NCBI GenBank assembly: GCA_963801605.1
Contig: CAWDFP010000007.1
Span: 64,001 to 128,000 of the forward strand
Direction: 5' to 3'
From: an uncultured candidate division Zixibacteria bacterium
Lineage (GTDB): Bacteria > Zixibacteria > MSB-5A5 > UBA10806
DNA: 64,000 nucleotides
Positions within the stretch are counted from its first letter, which is position 1; the number at the start of each line of letters is the position of its first letter. The translations under genes were made by a program, and so were the position numbers. A model generated the notes under the pieces. That model was not told the DNA's origin and made no database searches. It saw nothing but the letters and a program-made list of their open reading frames with translations. Shown in pieces: positions 10,172-20,353 of the stretch.

Positions 10172-11912
10172 CCTGGCCACCTTCTCCAGCCTCATCATCA
10201 CCTTTTACGGGTAACTGGATCTCAAAAATCGATCCTTTGCCAACTTCGCTGGCAACTTTGATTGTACCGCCATGCGATGTCACAATTCCATGCACTACCG
10301 AGAGCCCCAACCCCGTGCCTTCGTTGACGTCTTTAGTGGTAAAAAAAGGTATAAAAAGCTTATTCATGATATCCTTACTCATCCCAATCCCGGTATCTTC
10401 TACACGCAATAAAATATGGCCGTCAACCAGCGACGTTGAAATAGTCAGTTTGCCTCCGCCGGGCATGGCCTGAACGGCATTCACCGAGAGATTAACCAAT
10501 ACCTGATAAAGCTGCGATTGATCGGCTCTGATCAACGGTAGATCTGGCGTTAAACAACGCACCATCTCAACACCGGCTTTCTGGCATCGAGATTCCAGGA
10601 AATACAAACCTTCCTTAACCATCTTATTGACATCGACCAGCGATTTCCTGGTGGGCATTTGACGGGCAAATAGCATTAGCTTCTTAACGACTTCTCTGGC
10701 GTGCAAGGTAGCGTTGATTATTTTGTCGATATCAGATCCAGTCTGCGGCGGCAGATCTGCGGTTTTTTTAACAAGCTGCGCGAATCCGAGAATTCCACCC
10801 AACGGCTCGTTCAACTCATGGGCTACACCGGCGGATAATTGGCCGATGGTCGCCAGGCGATCGGCGTGCCTGAGTTGCTCCTGAAGACGCTGGCGGTCTT
10901 CCTCCGCCTGTTTTTGTTCGATAATAAGATTGATTTGAGTGGCTATCGTATCGATGAGTTTGCGTTCTTCTCTTAGAAACGGTCCTTCGTCAATCGTGGG
11001 TTTCGGTTCAGTATAGATTACTTCTACATAACCGCGAGATTTTTCATGAACGATAATTTCGGCTCTTTGTTTATCGATCCCGTCCTTAAAACAAGGGGAG
11101 ATGTAAGTGCTGCCGTTGAAAACGATTTTGGCGCAGGTGTTTTCGGGATATTGCCAGGCGGCCGGCAACAGGTCAACGATGCCCTGCAAAATTTCCTGCG
11201 ACGATATATCGACTTTTTCGGTGAGGGTTGCAATTCCATAAAGACAGGTTAATTCCTTAATCCTTTCTCGAAGCGCCGCCTGGGCCCTTTGATTTACCAG
11301 GGCGACTCCCAGGGTCTGGGCCACCGCCTCGTACAACCCGATCTCAAACTCGGTAAATCGATTTCGGTTGCGGGCCAGCAGCTCTAACGCCCCAATAATT
11401 TCGGTGCCCACGGTTATCGGTATAATAACTATCGATAGAAATTCGCCTCCGATAATCAGCCCGTGAAAACGTGAATAACCCCGCGTGACCTGGCCAAAAT
11501 CAAGAGGCTTATCAGCATCGCCTGTCCAAAAGCTGCCATAAGCCGTAAAGAACGGCAGCATAGGATCGGCGTTGCGGTTTATCACGTCCTGTGTCAAACA
11601 TTCAAGCGGTGAACGCTGTTCGGAATTTGACTCCCCATTTTTACTGGGGGGGCAGGGGATATTTTCAAAACTACAGGCGGCTTGATCATTGCGCCTCGCC
11701 GAGAAACATTGAAGATTACCACCTTCGCGGGAAATCGTCCTGACCGCATCGCAACTGGAGAAATCGAGGATTAAGCATAATACCTCGCGCATAAAATCAA
11801 TTTTCGGTTCGCCGCGGTTGGCGCAATTTAAAATTGAATGCGATAAAGCCCTAAAATCGTCGGGCAGCCTGAGAGGTGGTTGATTATCGAAATTTCCCGC
11901 AAATTCATTCAT
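10164..11912 (-). CDS. GAF sensor histidine kinase
   Basis: H-box AHELNEP, NAVQA, DTGIG, PFFTTK, GTGLGL. Confidence 0.93.
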   Translation of the reverse strand: MNEFAGNFDNQPPLRLPDDFRALSHSILNCANRGEPKIDFMREVLCLILDFSSCDAVRTISREGGNLQCFSARRNDQAACSFENIPCPPSKNGESNSEQRSPLECLTQDVINRNADPMLPFFTAYGSFWTGDADKPLDFGQVTRGYSRFHGLIIGGEFLSIVIIPITVGTEIIGALELLARNRNRFTEFEIGLYEAVAQTLGVALVNQRAQAALRERIKELTCLYGIATLTEKVDISSQEILQGIVDLLPAAWQYPENTCAKIVFNGSTYISPCFKDGIDKQRAEIIVHEKSRGYVEVIYTEPKPTIDEGPFLREERKLIDTIATQINLIIEQKQAEEDRQRLQEQLRHADRLATIGQLSAGVAHELNEPLGGILGFAQLVKKTADLPPQTGSDIDKIINATLHAREVVKKLMLFARQMPTRKSLVDVNKMVKEGLYFLESRCQKAGVEMVRCLTPDLPLIRADQSQLYQVLVNLSVNAVQAMPGGGKLTISTSLVDGHILLRVEDTGIGMSKDIMNKLFIPFFTTKDVNEGTGLGLSVVHGIVTSHGGTIKVASEVGKGSIFEIQLPVKGDDEAGEGGQDD

Positions 11913-12199
11913 ATTAAAACCTGATCATTCTTGCCGCTAACCGGAGCATTAAATTGGATTCATCGGCTATGCTCCTCAATCTCATAAAGTACTATGAAAG
12001 TATGGTATTGTCAAATCAGCCTGGCAATGGAGAAACTTAAATCCTGGCAAGTTTTAGAGCTTTACTCCATGATTTCAATTTAATATAATATTATTTGAGT
12101 ATTTTAAGCGACAAAGATGGTATGACGGAATTTTTTCGAAAATTTAGGAAATTAACGGTTGAAATAGTCCTGTCAAAATCAATCCTGAGAGGTTAGCTG

Positions 12200-13576
12200 A
12201 TGCATTACCCCTGGTGGTACGTTCCGTTCCTGACATCTCCGATGCTAATTGCCATAATTTCAATATTGCATGTGATAGTGTCGCATTACGCTGTCGGAGG
12301 CGGTTTTTTTCTGGCAATCGAAGTTGGATATGCCTACAAATCCGGAAATAAGGATTATTTGAATTATCTTAAGGATCACGCCTGGTTTTTTATTCTGATA
12401 ACCGTGGTCTACGGAGCTATTACCGGAGTTGGCATCTGGTGGACCATTGGCCTGGCCTCGCCCCTGGCAACGGAGACCCTGATTCACAATTTCGTTTTCG
12501 GCTGGGCGATGGAATATGTAGCCTTCATCATCGAATTGACGGCAGCATTTATCTTCTTTTATTATTGGGGCAAACTTGAGCCTAAAATGCATACCAAAAT
12601 CGGATGGATTTATGCTATTGCCGCCTGGGTCAGCCTGGTTCTCATTACGGCCATCACAGCCTTCATGCTTAACCCTGGTAGTTGGACTATTCATCGCACC
12701 TTCTGGCGAGGCATCTTAAATCCCCAATTCCTTCCGCAAGTCTTGGCCAGAACCGGAGGCTCATTCTTGCTGGCCTCTCTCTATGTTTATTTGCATTCAT
12801 CTCTCAGAGTCAAAGATAAAAATCTGCATAATCTTATCGAAAGCCGGTCGGCTCGTCCGGCGCTTTGGGGAGGAGTATTGATTGTTTTGGGCGGTATCGG
12901 ATGGCTTATTGCTTTACCGGAATCCGCCAGAGCGGCGTTGGCGGCCGCCAGTGTTCTAAATGTTCTGACGGTAATTATATTCGCCTTAACCCTGGCGGTC
13001 CTGGCAATGATTTATCTGGGACCATATCGAAATCCCGGATGGTTTACCCCCGGATTTACCATATTGATCTTTCTTTCGGGAGTAGCCGCTGTAACGACCG
13101 GGGAATATATCCGGGAGGCGGTTCGCAAGCCATACATCGTTTACAATACAGTGTTGTCGAATCAAATTCTGCCGGAAGAGATTCCGAAAATGAAAGCATC
13201 CGGCTATCTCGAAAGCGGAGTCTGGACCAAAGAGCTGATCTCCCAAAAATATCCGGCGGCGCTTTCCGATGGCAAAATCGATGGTGCTAAATTATTGAGT
13301 CTTCCCGATTCGGAACAACGCCAGATTGGCGAGGTGCTATTTCAATATCATTGCAATGATTGCCACGCCGTACAAAATGGTTATTCGGCTATAAATAACT
13401 CGACCCGCGGCTGGACCGAACAAATGATTTTCGAAGTTGTGGAACATCCGGAGAAAGCTCACTTTTTCATGCCTCCCTGGGCCGGAACAAGGGAAGAGGC
13501 CACATTGCTCACCAGGTATCTGACAAATATCGCCCCGGCGCATCCAGCGGGCATGTACTACGGGAATGGGAGGTAG
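12200..13576 (+). CDS. Cytochrome bd subunit I-like membrane protein fused to a monoheme cytochrome c
   Basis: N-terminal H..SH, GAITGVGIW, WAMEY..F..E, EYIREAVRKPY; C-terminal CNDCH and FMPPW. Confidence 0.75.
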   Translation: MHYPWWYVPFLTSPMLIAIISILHVIVSHYAVGGGFFLAIEVGYAYKSGNKDYLNYLKDHAWFFILITVVYGAITGVGIWWTIGLASPLATETLIHNFVFGWAMEYVAFIIELTAAFIFFYYWGKLEPKMHTKIGWIYAIAAWVSLVLITAITAFMLNPGSWTIHRTFWRGILNPQFLPQVLARTGGSFLLASLYVYLHSSLRVKDKNLHNLIESRSARPALWGGVLIVLGGIGWLIALPESARAALAAASVLNVLTVIIFALTLAVLAMIYLGPYRNPGWFTPGFTILIFLSGVAAVTTGEYIREAVRKPYIVYNTVLSNQILPEEIPKMKASGYLESGVWTKELISQKYPAALSDGKIDGAKLLSLPDSEQRQIGEVLFQYHCNDCHAVQNGYSAINNSTRGWTEQMIFEVVEHPEKAHFFMPPWAGTREEATLLTRYLTNIAPAHPAGMYYGNGR

Positions 13577-13577
13577 G

Positions 13578-14726
13578 ATGAATCCGGGAGCATTAATTGC
13601 ACCATCGAGTCCGGTCGGTTTTCCGGCCCCATACTGGTTTCTCGTTCTTTTCAAAGTATTAGGTTTTACGCTTCATGTATCGCTTATGAACCTCTGGTAT
13701 GCCGGACCGGTCATAGCGCTCATCCTGTGGTTTCGAGGAGGATTCTCACGCGCCCTCACCAATCGCCTGATGAAAAAGATGCCGATTATAGTTGCTTATG
13801 GGATTAATTTCGGAATCGTGCCTCTTCTGTTTGTACAGGTTGCCTACTACAAAGTGTTCTATCCATCGACAATTCTCATGGCCTGGCCCTGGCTAAGCGT
13901 TATTGCTTTGCTGACCGTCGCCTATTATGGCGTTTATATCTACGCCACTGCACTCAAAAAGGACGGTGATAATATCGCGTCATGGAAACGCGCCGCCGGA
14001 TGGATTTCCGCGTTGTTTTTTTTGATTATCGGATTTATTTTTGCCAGCGAATTCAGCCTCATGACCAATCTCGATAACTGGAAACGAATCTGGCTCGATG
14101 GCAATATCGCCGGAGCGGTATATGGCCTGGCGCTTAATTCTGGCGATCCAACACTAATACCCCGATGGCTTACGATGTTTGGCCTGGCGATCACTACAAC
14201 CTCGGCATTTATGGCGGTTGATACCGGTTTATTCGCGTCCAAAGAAAGCCTTGATTACAAAAAGTGGGCCAGTCGTTTTGTCTATAAACCGTACACTCTG
14301 GGAATAATCTGGTATGCCATAGCCGCATCCTGGTATGTTTTCGGGACCTGGCAGGCCGATATTAAGAGCCTTATGTTTTCGTCTCCTATGATAATCCTAA
14401 CGGTTATCACCGCCGTCTCAATGAGCTTACCCTGGCTTCTGCTGTTTATATTTACCCGCAACCGAGTAATCGGACGAGGACTTGCCATCGGAGTCGGCCT
14501 GACACAATTTGGAGTAATTGCCTTGAACGCTATCAGCCGTCAGGTCGTACAGAACGCCGAACTCGGGCGCTATCTAAATATTACAGATGAGGTTGTCCGG
14601 ACCCAATGGAGTCCGATGATCATCTTTTTAGTGTTGTTTGTCGCGGGGATCGCTTTATGCGTCTGGATGATTCGGCAAGCCGCCAAATCCGGCCAAAACA
14701 GTTTACCTCCTGAAACGACCGGATAA
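13578..14726 (+). CDS. Polytopic membrane protein, partner of the bd-like subunit
   Basis: GGAGG RBS, about 9 hydrophobic helices, TLHV..MN, GIVPLLFVQV. Confidence 0.65.
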   Translation: MNPGALIAPSSPVGFPAPYWFLVLFKVLGFTLHVSLMNLWYAGPVIALILWFRGGFSRALTNRLMKKMPIIVAYGINFGIVPLLFVQVAYYKVFYPSTILMAWPWLSVIALLTVAYYGVYIYATALKKDGDNIASWKRAAGWISALFFLIIGFIFASEFSLMTNLDNWKRIWLDGNIAGAVYGLALNSGDPTLIPRWLTMFGLAITTTSAFMAVDTGLFASKESLDYKKWASRFVYKPYTLGIIWYAIAASWYVFGTWQADIKSLMFSSPMIILTVITAVSMSLPWLLLFIFTRNRVIGRGLAIGVGLTQFGVIALNAISRQVVQNAELGRYLNITDEVVRTQWSPMIIFLVLFVAGIALCVWMIRQAAKSGQNSLPPETTG

Positions 14727-14831
14727 TTATGTAACTTGCCTGTTGCCAGAAACGTAGTTTATGGTGTAAGATAAAGTTCAGGGCGCTTGATTTTCGATAA
14801 TGTGAAATTGAAATAGCAAAGGAGTCTCCCC

Positions 14832-15692
14832 GTGGATAACTTACAACATTGCCACAACTGCGGCTGGCCTATAGAGTCCGGCGACAAATTTTGCAGAAAT
14901 TGCGGGAAACCGTTTGAGGATAAAGAGCAGGAAATCCCGCCATTATCGGCTACTCCTCCGGTTCCGCCTATTCCCCCGGAAGAACCATCGCAGACGCTTC
15001 CGCCAGCGGAAGAGCCAAAATATGTTGCTTGGGAGGATAGACAGCATCTTGGCTTTTTTGCGGGACTCTGGAAAACCTGGGTGGAATCCGTTTTTAACCC
15101 TGAGAAGTTTTTCTCAAAGCTGCCGTTTTCCGGCGGTATGGGAAGCCCAATTCTATATGCGTTGATCGTAATGTGGCTGAGTTCTATAATCAGTAAATTC
15201 TATGGGGTTATTTTTGCGAATGTCTGGTTATCCGCGTTCGAGAAATATCTCGATAAAGCCGGCCCGGGTTTTGATTTTGGTATTGGGAAAAGCGTCACGA
15301 TTCTTTCCTTTTTCCAATCAATTTTCATTGCTCCTATATTGATTATTCTGGGCCTCTTTATCATGAGCGGAATTTATCATCTCCTTTGCATGATCTTCGG
15401 CTGGTCTAAACGCGATTTCGAGGCTACTCTTCGAGCGGTGGCGTATGCCAGCGGTCCCGCCATTTTCGCGATCGTCCCCATGTGCGGCTCGCCAATTGGA
15501 TGGATCTGGGGGTTGGTACTGGCGGTCATTGGCCTCAAGCACATGCAGCAAACAACCAGCGGGAAATCGGCCCTTGTGATCCTGCTCCCCATAGTACTGT
15601 GTTGCTGCCTGATATTCATACTGGCGCTCGTTTTTGGAACTGCGATTTGGGCCTTTATTCAAAACGCATCGCGTAGCGGTTACAGTTATTAA
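14832..15692 (+). CDS. Zinc-ribbon + YIP1-family membrane protein
   Basis: CHNCG..FCRNCG, Pro-rich linker, about 5 TM helices. Confidence 0.75.
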   Translation: MDNLQHCHNCGWPIESGDKFCRNCGKPFEDKEQEIPPLSATPPVPPIPPEEPSQTLPPAEEPKYVAWEDRQHLGFFAGLWKTWVESVFNPEKFFSKLPFSGGMGSPILYALIVMWLSSIISKFYGVIFANVWLSAFEKYLDKAGPGFDFGIGKSVTILSFFQSIFIAPILIILGLFIMSGIYHLLCMIFGWSKRDFEATLRAVAYASGPAIFAIVPMCGSPIGWIWGLVLAVIGLKHMQQTTSGKSALVILLPIVLCCCLIFILALVFGTAIWAFIQNASRSGYSY

Positions 15693-15750
15693 AAATGAAT
15701 TAGGTTTTGTAAACAGGCTTATCTTATGATTATGGTGAGCCTGTAGTTTT

Positions 15751-16158
15751 ATGAAGTTAAAAATTGAAAATAAGGCGCCTCAATCACCGGTTCACATCGT
15801 TTGGGGCGCCATGGTTATATTTGTAATCGTTGGCGCTAAAATTATGAGCGCTTACCTGCCGCTCCTGCCGCCATGTATTTTTCGCACACTAACCGGAATT
15901 CCCTGCCTGACCTGCGGCGGGACCCATTGCATTAGCGCCTTATCTAATTTTGAAATAACCTCCTCATTTCTCTATAATCCGCTGATTATGATCAGTCTGA
16001 TGGGATTAATAATATTCTCGCTGATATACTTAGCAGGAGTTCTATTTAGCAGAAGACTTATCATTACGCTTACCTCCATTGAGAAGACGACGCTTAGAAT
16101 ATCTGTAATTTCTCTCATAGCGCTAAACTGGATATATCTAATTATAAAATTGAAATAG
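15751..16158 (+). CDS. DUF2752-family membrane protein
   Basis: PCIFRTLTGIPCLTCGGT, YNP. Confidence 0.8.
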   Translation: MKLKIENKAPQSPVHIVWGAMVIFVIVGAKIMSAYLPLLPPCIFRTLTGIPCLTCGGTHCISALSNFEITSSFLYNPLIMISLMGLIIFSLIYLAGVLFSRRLIITLTSIEKTTLRISVISLIALNWIYLIIKLK

Positions 16159-16261
16159 AGAATCTCGGGGCACCGGAATGCTTGCTTTGATGTTTATTGA
16201 TATCCGAGACAGTTTTTATTATACTCAGGGCTGTTTTAGATGACAGGAACAGGATGTGAAA

Positions 16262-16691
16262 TTGGCTAAAATTTAGGAATATATTTATCTCCGGTGTAAT
16301 CCAGGGATCAGCGCTGGGTCGGAATATTCACTCGCAGGAATACCGGACTCAAATTAGAGACATTCTTCGGGATGCCATGCCGGATGCCAAAATCTATGAT
16401 CCTTTCGATGGTCACGAGAATTCGATTGATTATGACGATGACCAGGGACGGAAAACCTTTTTACATCATATCAAGCAGGTTCAGGAATCGGATCTGGTGA
16501 TCGCTTATTTACCGCACGCCTCTCTGGGAACGGCCATCGAAATCTGGGAATCGTATAAGCTTGGCATTCCAGTCTGGATCATTAGCCCGATGAGCACCAA
16601 TTGGGTGGTGCGGTTTTGCAGCGATAAGGTCTTCGGCGATATTGAGTCATTTGCCGACTATCTCAAGCACGAGTATGTAAATGTGGAGTAA
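16262..16691 (+). CDS. Nucleoside 2-deoxyribosyltransferase-like protein (probable 1-nt indel near the start)
   Basis: Frame extends upstream of 16377 as FRNIFISGVIQG; SDLVIAY..SLGTAIE motif; TTG start at 16262 is one base out of frame across an AAAA run. Confidence 0.6.
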
Positions 16692-16696
16692 TTAAA

Positions 16697-16993
16697 ATGC
16701 CTACTTATGAATATAAATGCCGGGATTGCGGCGAGAAATTTGACGAATTCCAAAAAATAACCGATCCGCCTTTAACACGATGCCCATCGTGCGGAGGAGA
16801 AATCGATAGATTAATTTCAGGCGGCTCGGGAATTATGTTCAAGGGGTCAGGCTTTTATATTACGGATTATCGGTCGGCAAACTATAAAAAGGCTGCCGAG
16901 AGCGAGAAATCGGCCGATCTGGCATCCAAAGCCAAGAGCGATACCAAGCCCGCGAGCGAATCCAAGCCCAAAACCGAAACGAAAAAAGATTAA
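16697..16993 (+). CDS. FmdB-family zinc-ribbon protein
   Basis: MPTYEYKCRDCG, CPSCGG, FKGSGFYITDY. Confidence 0.9.
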   Translation: MPTYEYKCRDCGEKFDEFQKITDPPLTRCPSCGGEIDRLISGGSGIMFKGSGFYITDYRSANYKKAAESEKSADLASKAKSDTKPASESKPKTETKKD

Positions 16994-18072
16994 ATGATTT
17001 TCTGCCCGCCGAGATGACCTGCGAGCTGGCCACAGGCTCCCTTGATATCGGCCCCTCGGCTTTCCCTGATCATAGCGGCATAAACCCGCGGATATAAATA
17101 TTCTCGAAAAGCAATTACGTCATTTTCATTCGGACGTTTAAAGGGCAGCCCCTCGACCGGATTATATCGCATCAAATTAATTTTGCAGGGGATTCCCTCA
17201 ATTAATTTTATAAGTTTTTTGGCATCCGAAATTGAATCGTTCACGCCTCCCAGGAGCAAATATTCGAACGATACTCGTCGTCCGCTTATTTGGGTGTAAC
17301 GTTTGGCCTCAGTCATTATTTCCGAAAGACTATTGCTTTTCGCAGGGGGGATGAGACGCTCTCGAACATTTTCGTCGGCTGAATGAAGCGAAATGGCCAG
17401 CCCCAGTTTACCGGGGTTGGAGACAAATCGTTTCATTCCGTTCAATATTCCAACTGTGGAAATTGTGATCTTTTTCTGCGAGAGAGATGGCCCATAATCA
17501 TCGGTTAATATCGCGCAAGCCTTAAGGACATTATCGAGGTTCAGCATCGGCTCTCCCATGCCCATAAAAACGATATTGGATATCCTGCGCTTAATTGCCC
17601 TCCGGGCCTGAAGAAATTGATCGACGATTTCGCCGGCATCGAGATTGCGCTTAAATCCAATTTGCCCTGTGGCGCAGAACAGACAACCCGCAGGACATCC
17701 GGCCTGACTGGAGACACATAAAGTGACACGATCTCTTTCGGGTATCAACACTGATTCGATATAAGGACCGTCATGAAGCTTAAAAAGGAATTTCATCGAA
17801 CCGTCGGTGGAAGACAATTGCTGTTCGCAGTCAAGTTTGGTGATTCGAGTGTTTTCGGATAGTTTCAAGCGAACAGGTTTTCCGATATCGCTCATAAGAT
17901 CGAAACTTTCAACACCCTCCTGATAAATCCATCGAAAAATCTGTCGTCCTCTGAACGCTTCGAGATTCAGGCTGACGGCGAAAGCTTCAAGCTCGCTTCG
18001 ATCCATACCTTTCAGGTCAATTGACTTCATCACAGTGGAATTTACGATTTTTATCGCCTCCTTCAAAATCAT
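16990..18072 (-). CDS. rlmN: Radical SAM RNA methyltransferase RlmN (true start probably about 18030)
   Basis: CVSSQAGCPAGCLFCATG, FMGMGEP, SLH, ACGQL. Confidence 0.93.
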   Translation of the reverse strand: MILKEAIKIVNSTVMKSIDLKGMDRSELEAFAVSLNLEAFRGRQIFRWIYQEGVESFDLMSDIGKPVRLKLSENTRITKLDCEQQLSSTDGSMKFLFKLHDGPYIESVLIPERDRVTLCVSSQAGCPAGCLFCATGQIGFKRNLDAGEIVDQFLQARRAIKRRISNIVFMGMGEPMLNLDNVLKACAILTDDYGPSLSQKKITISTVGILNGMKRFVSNPGKLGLAISLHSADENVRERLIPPAKSNSLSEIMTEAKRYTQISGRRVSFEYLLLGGVNDSISDAKKLIKLIEGIPCKINLMRYNPVEGLPFKRPNENDVIAFREYLYPRVYAAMIRESRGADIKGACGQLAGHLGGQKII

Positions 18073-18115
18073 TTATCTTGACTGCTCCCGCCATTTTTTC
18101 TAAGCTTATGCTATT

Positions 18116-18922
18116 ATGAGAGTAGCGGCAGTTCAATTTGACCCTCAATTCGGCAAGGTATCCGAAAATATCGACCGCGTATTTTCTCTGGTTGAGGGCA
18201 CCCGAGCCGATCTCTATGTCCTCCCGGAACTATGCTTTAGCGGTTATACGTTTCAATCCCACGATGAGGCTCAAGCCCTTTCGGAAGGCGTCAAAGGGGG
18301 GCTCTCGATTGGCAAAATGGCCGAGCTTGCTGCCCGTCAAAATGCGGCCTTAGTATTCGGATTTCCCGAAAAAGCGTCCGAGGGATTGTACAACTCCAGC
18401 GCCTTTATTTCACCTGATGGCGATGTCGCGATATACCGCAAAATACATCTATTCATGAATGAAAAAGATTGGTTTTTGCCGGGCAACGAGCCTCCCAAAA
18501 TTGTCGAATTCCGCGGTTGCCGTTTGGGGATGATGGTTTGTTTTGATTGGATATTTCCGGAAGCGGCCCGAACGCTGGCTCTTATGGGCGCCCATTTAAT
18601 TTGCCATCCGGCGAATCTGGTGCTGCCGTATTGCCAGTCGGCGATGATCACCCGTTGCCTGGAAAACCGCGTATATGCCATAACTGCCAACAGGATAGGG
18701 GAGGAGCTTAGAGGCGGATTCGAAAACCGGTTTACGGGTCAAAGTCAGATAATTTCCCCCCAAGGAAAAGTTCTTTATAAAGGCTCAAACGATAAAGATG
18801 AGATTGGATTTGCCGATATAGAATACAGGGAGAGCGAAAATAAGGCAGTGAACCATAAAAATAACCTGTGGGAGGATCGTCGCCCACGATTCTATTTCGG
18901 CAATGATGAGAAAAAATTATAA
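18116..18922 (+). CDS. Nitrilase/carbon-nitrogen hydrolase
   Basis: E-K-C triad: LPEL, YRKIHL, VCFDW. Confidence 0.9.
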   Translation: MRVAAVQFDPQFGKVSENIDRVFSLVEGTRADLYVLPELCFSGYTFQSHDEAQALSEGVKGGLSIGKMAELAARQNAALVFGFPEKASEGLYNSSAFISPDGDVAIYRKIHLFMNEKDWFLPGNEPPKIVEFRGCRLGMMVCFDWIFPEAARTLALMGAHLICHPANLVLPYCQSAMITRCLENRVYAITANRIGEELRGGFENRFTGQSQIISPQGKVLYKGSNDKDEIGFADIEYRESENKAVNHKNNLWEDRRPRFYFGNDEKKL

Positions 18923-19289
18923 AATACTCGTCATCGATGATGAACCAGAGATAACCGAGATTATCAAATCGTTTTTGAGCGGGGCCGGTTATGATGTCCT
19001 GATCGAAAATTCATCGGTTATGGGAGTCGAGAAGGCTAAATTATACAAGCCGGATATGATCCTTCTCGATATAATGATGCCCGTTATGGACGGCTATGAG
19101 GTTTGCGCCAACATCAAAAGGGATATGGAGCTTTCAAACATTCCGATCCTTTTCCTGACCGGAAAGGACGCTAACGAAGATGCGGGCAGAAGCTTTAAAT
19201 CCGGCGCAGATCTATTTATAAAAAAGCCGTTTTCCTGCGAGCGTTTACTCCAACTGGTGAAGATGGTATTGATGTCTGTAGCCCGGTAA
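18903..19289 (+). CDS. Single-domain response regulator
   Basis: VIDDE, LLDIMMP, KPF. Confidence 0.9.
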   Translation: MMRKNYKILVIDDEPEITEIIKSFLSGAGYDVLIENSSVMGVEKAKLYKPDMILLDIMMPVMDGYEVCANIKRDMELSNIPILFLTGKDANEDAGRSFKSGADLFIKKPFSCERLLQLVKMVLMSVAR

Positions 19290-19314
19290 TCTCAGTTATT
19301 TAATAGATGATCAC

Positions 19315-19387
19315 AAGCGAGCCTTTTGGCTCGCTTTATTTATTTTCGCTCAAAAAAAAGCCGGGATTCTTTCGAATTCCCGGCTTG
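19315..19387. terminator. Two hairpins between convergent genes
   Basis: AAGCGAGCC/GGCTCGCTT with T-rich tail; A-run then AAGCCGGGA/TCCCGGCTT. Confidence 0.7.
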
Positions 19388-19403
19388 ATTCATTTAACGG
19401 CGT

Positions 19404-20252
19404 TTAGTTTTTGAAGAAATGTTTGGCGATAAAGAATACATTTTCTTTCCGCTCTCTCAATCGTCGGTAATAATAGGGGAACCAGTGATCGCCGTAAGGA
19501 ACGTAAATCAGCATGCCATATCCTTCTTTTACCAATTGAATCTGGCCGCTTCTGTTGATTCCATACAGCATCTGGAATTCGAATTTATCCTTATCGATTC
19601 CCTTTTGTTTGGCATATTCTTTGGTTGCGGAAACCATAGCGCCATCATGAGTCGCTATGGAATGGAAAATGCCGCTGTCGAGCAAAATCTTCATTAGTTT
19701 GATGTAGTTGGAATTGACATCATCCTTTTTCTGAAAAGCAAATGAGGCCGGCTCTTTGTAAGCGCCTTTGCACAGTCTTACCTTAATTCCCCGCCTGTTG
19801 AGTTCCTTGATATCAGCCTCCGAACGATACAAGCTGGCCTGAATTACCGTGCCGACATTGTCATACTTTTCGGCCCAGCGATAAACCAGCTGCAAAGTAC
19901 GTTCGGTGTACTTGGTACCCTCCATATCGATCCGAACAAAGCTGTTATGCGACTTGGCAGCCTCTATAATCCGGCTGACATTATCGTAACAGAACTGATC
20001 GGAAACATCAAGACCCATCTGCGTAAGTTTCACGGAAACATTGGCCGTGACTTTTTCTTTATCTATGGAATGGACTAACTCGATATAAAGATCAGCAAGC
20101 TTGGTAGCCATTTCGGAAGATGTAACATTTTCACCAAGGATATCCATGGTGGTTCTCATTCCCATTTTATTGAGCCTGCGAACCGCCTCGAAAGCATCCT
20201 CTTTGGTTTCACCAGCGATAAATCGCTTTGCTAAGAATGTAAATAAACCCAC
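19404..20252 (-). CDS. Monofunctional proline dehydrogenase
   Basis: RFIAGE, SVKLTQMG, RIDME, RLCKGAY, ATHD, FQMLYG, YVPYG, RRLRER; GTG start after AGGAG. Confidence 0.92.
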   Translation of the reverse strand: MGLFTFLAKRFIAGETKEDAFEAVRRLNKMGMRTTMDILGENVTSSEMATKLADLYIELVHSIDKEKVTANVSVKLTQMGLDVSDQFCYDNVSRIIEAAKSHNSFVRIDMEGTKYTERTLQLVYRWAEKYDNVGTVIQASLYRSEADIKELNRRGIKVRLCKGAYKEPASFAFQKKDDVNSNYIKLMKILLDSGIFHSIATHDGAMVSATKEYAKQKGIDKDKFEFQMLYGINRSGQIQLVKEGYGMLIYVPYGDHWFPYYYRRLRERKENVFFIAKHFFKN

Positions 20253-20353
20253 ACCACACTCCTTTCGAGCGGGGAATCTAACACTAATAGTCTTAGACAG
20301 CAAGTGAAATATTTAACGATCATTGGGAGAAAAAAATGTTCTTTAATGGAGGT

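Noticed and set aside
16254..16259. ATG-TGA in frame with the deoxyribosyltransferase-like ORF as a second Sec codon
   Set aside because: Codon 2, no redox motif or hairpin; a 1-nt indel after TTG 16262 explains it better
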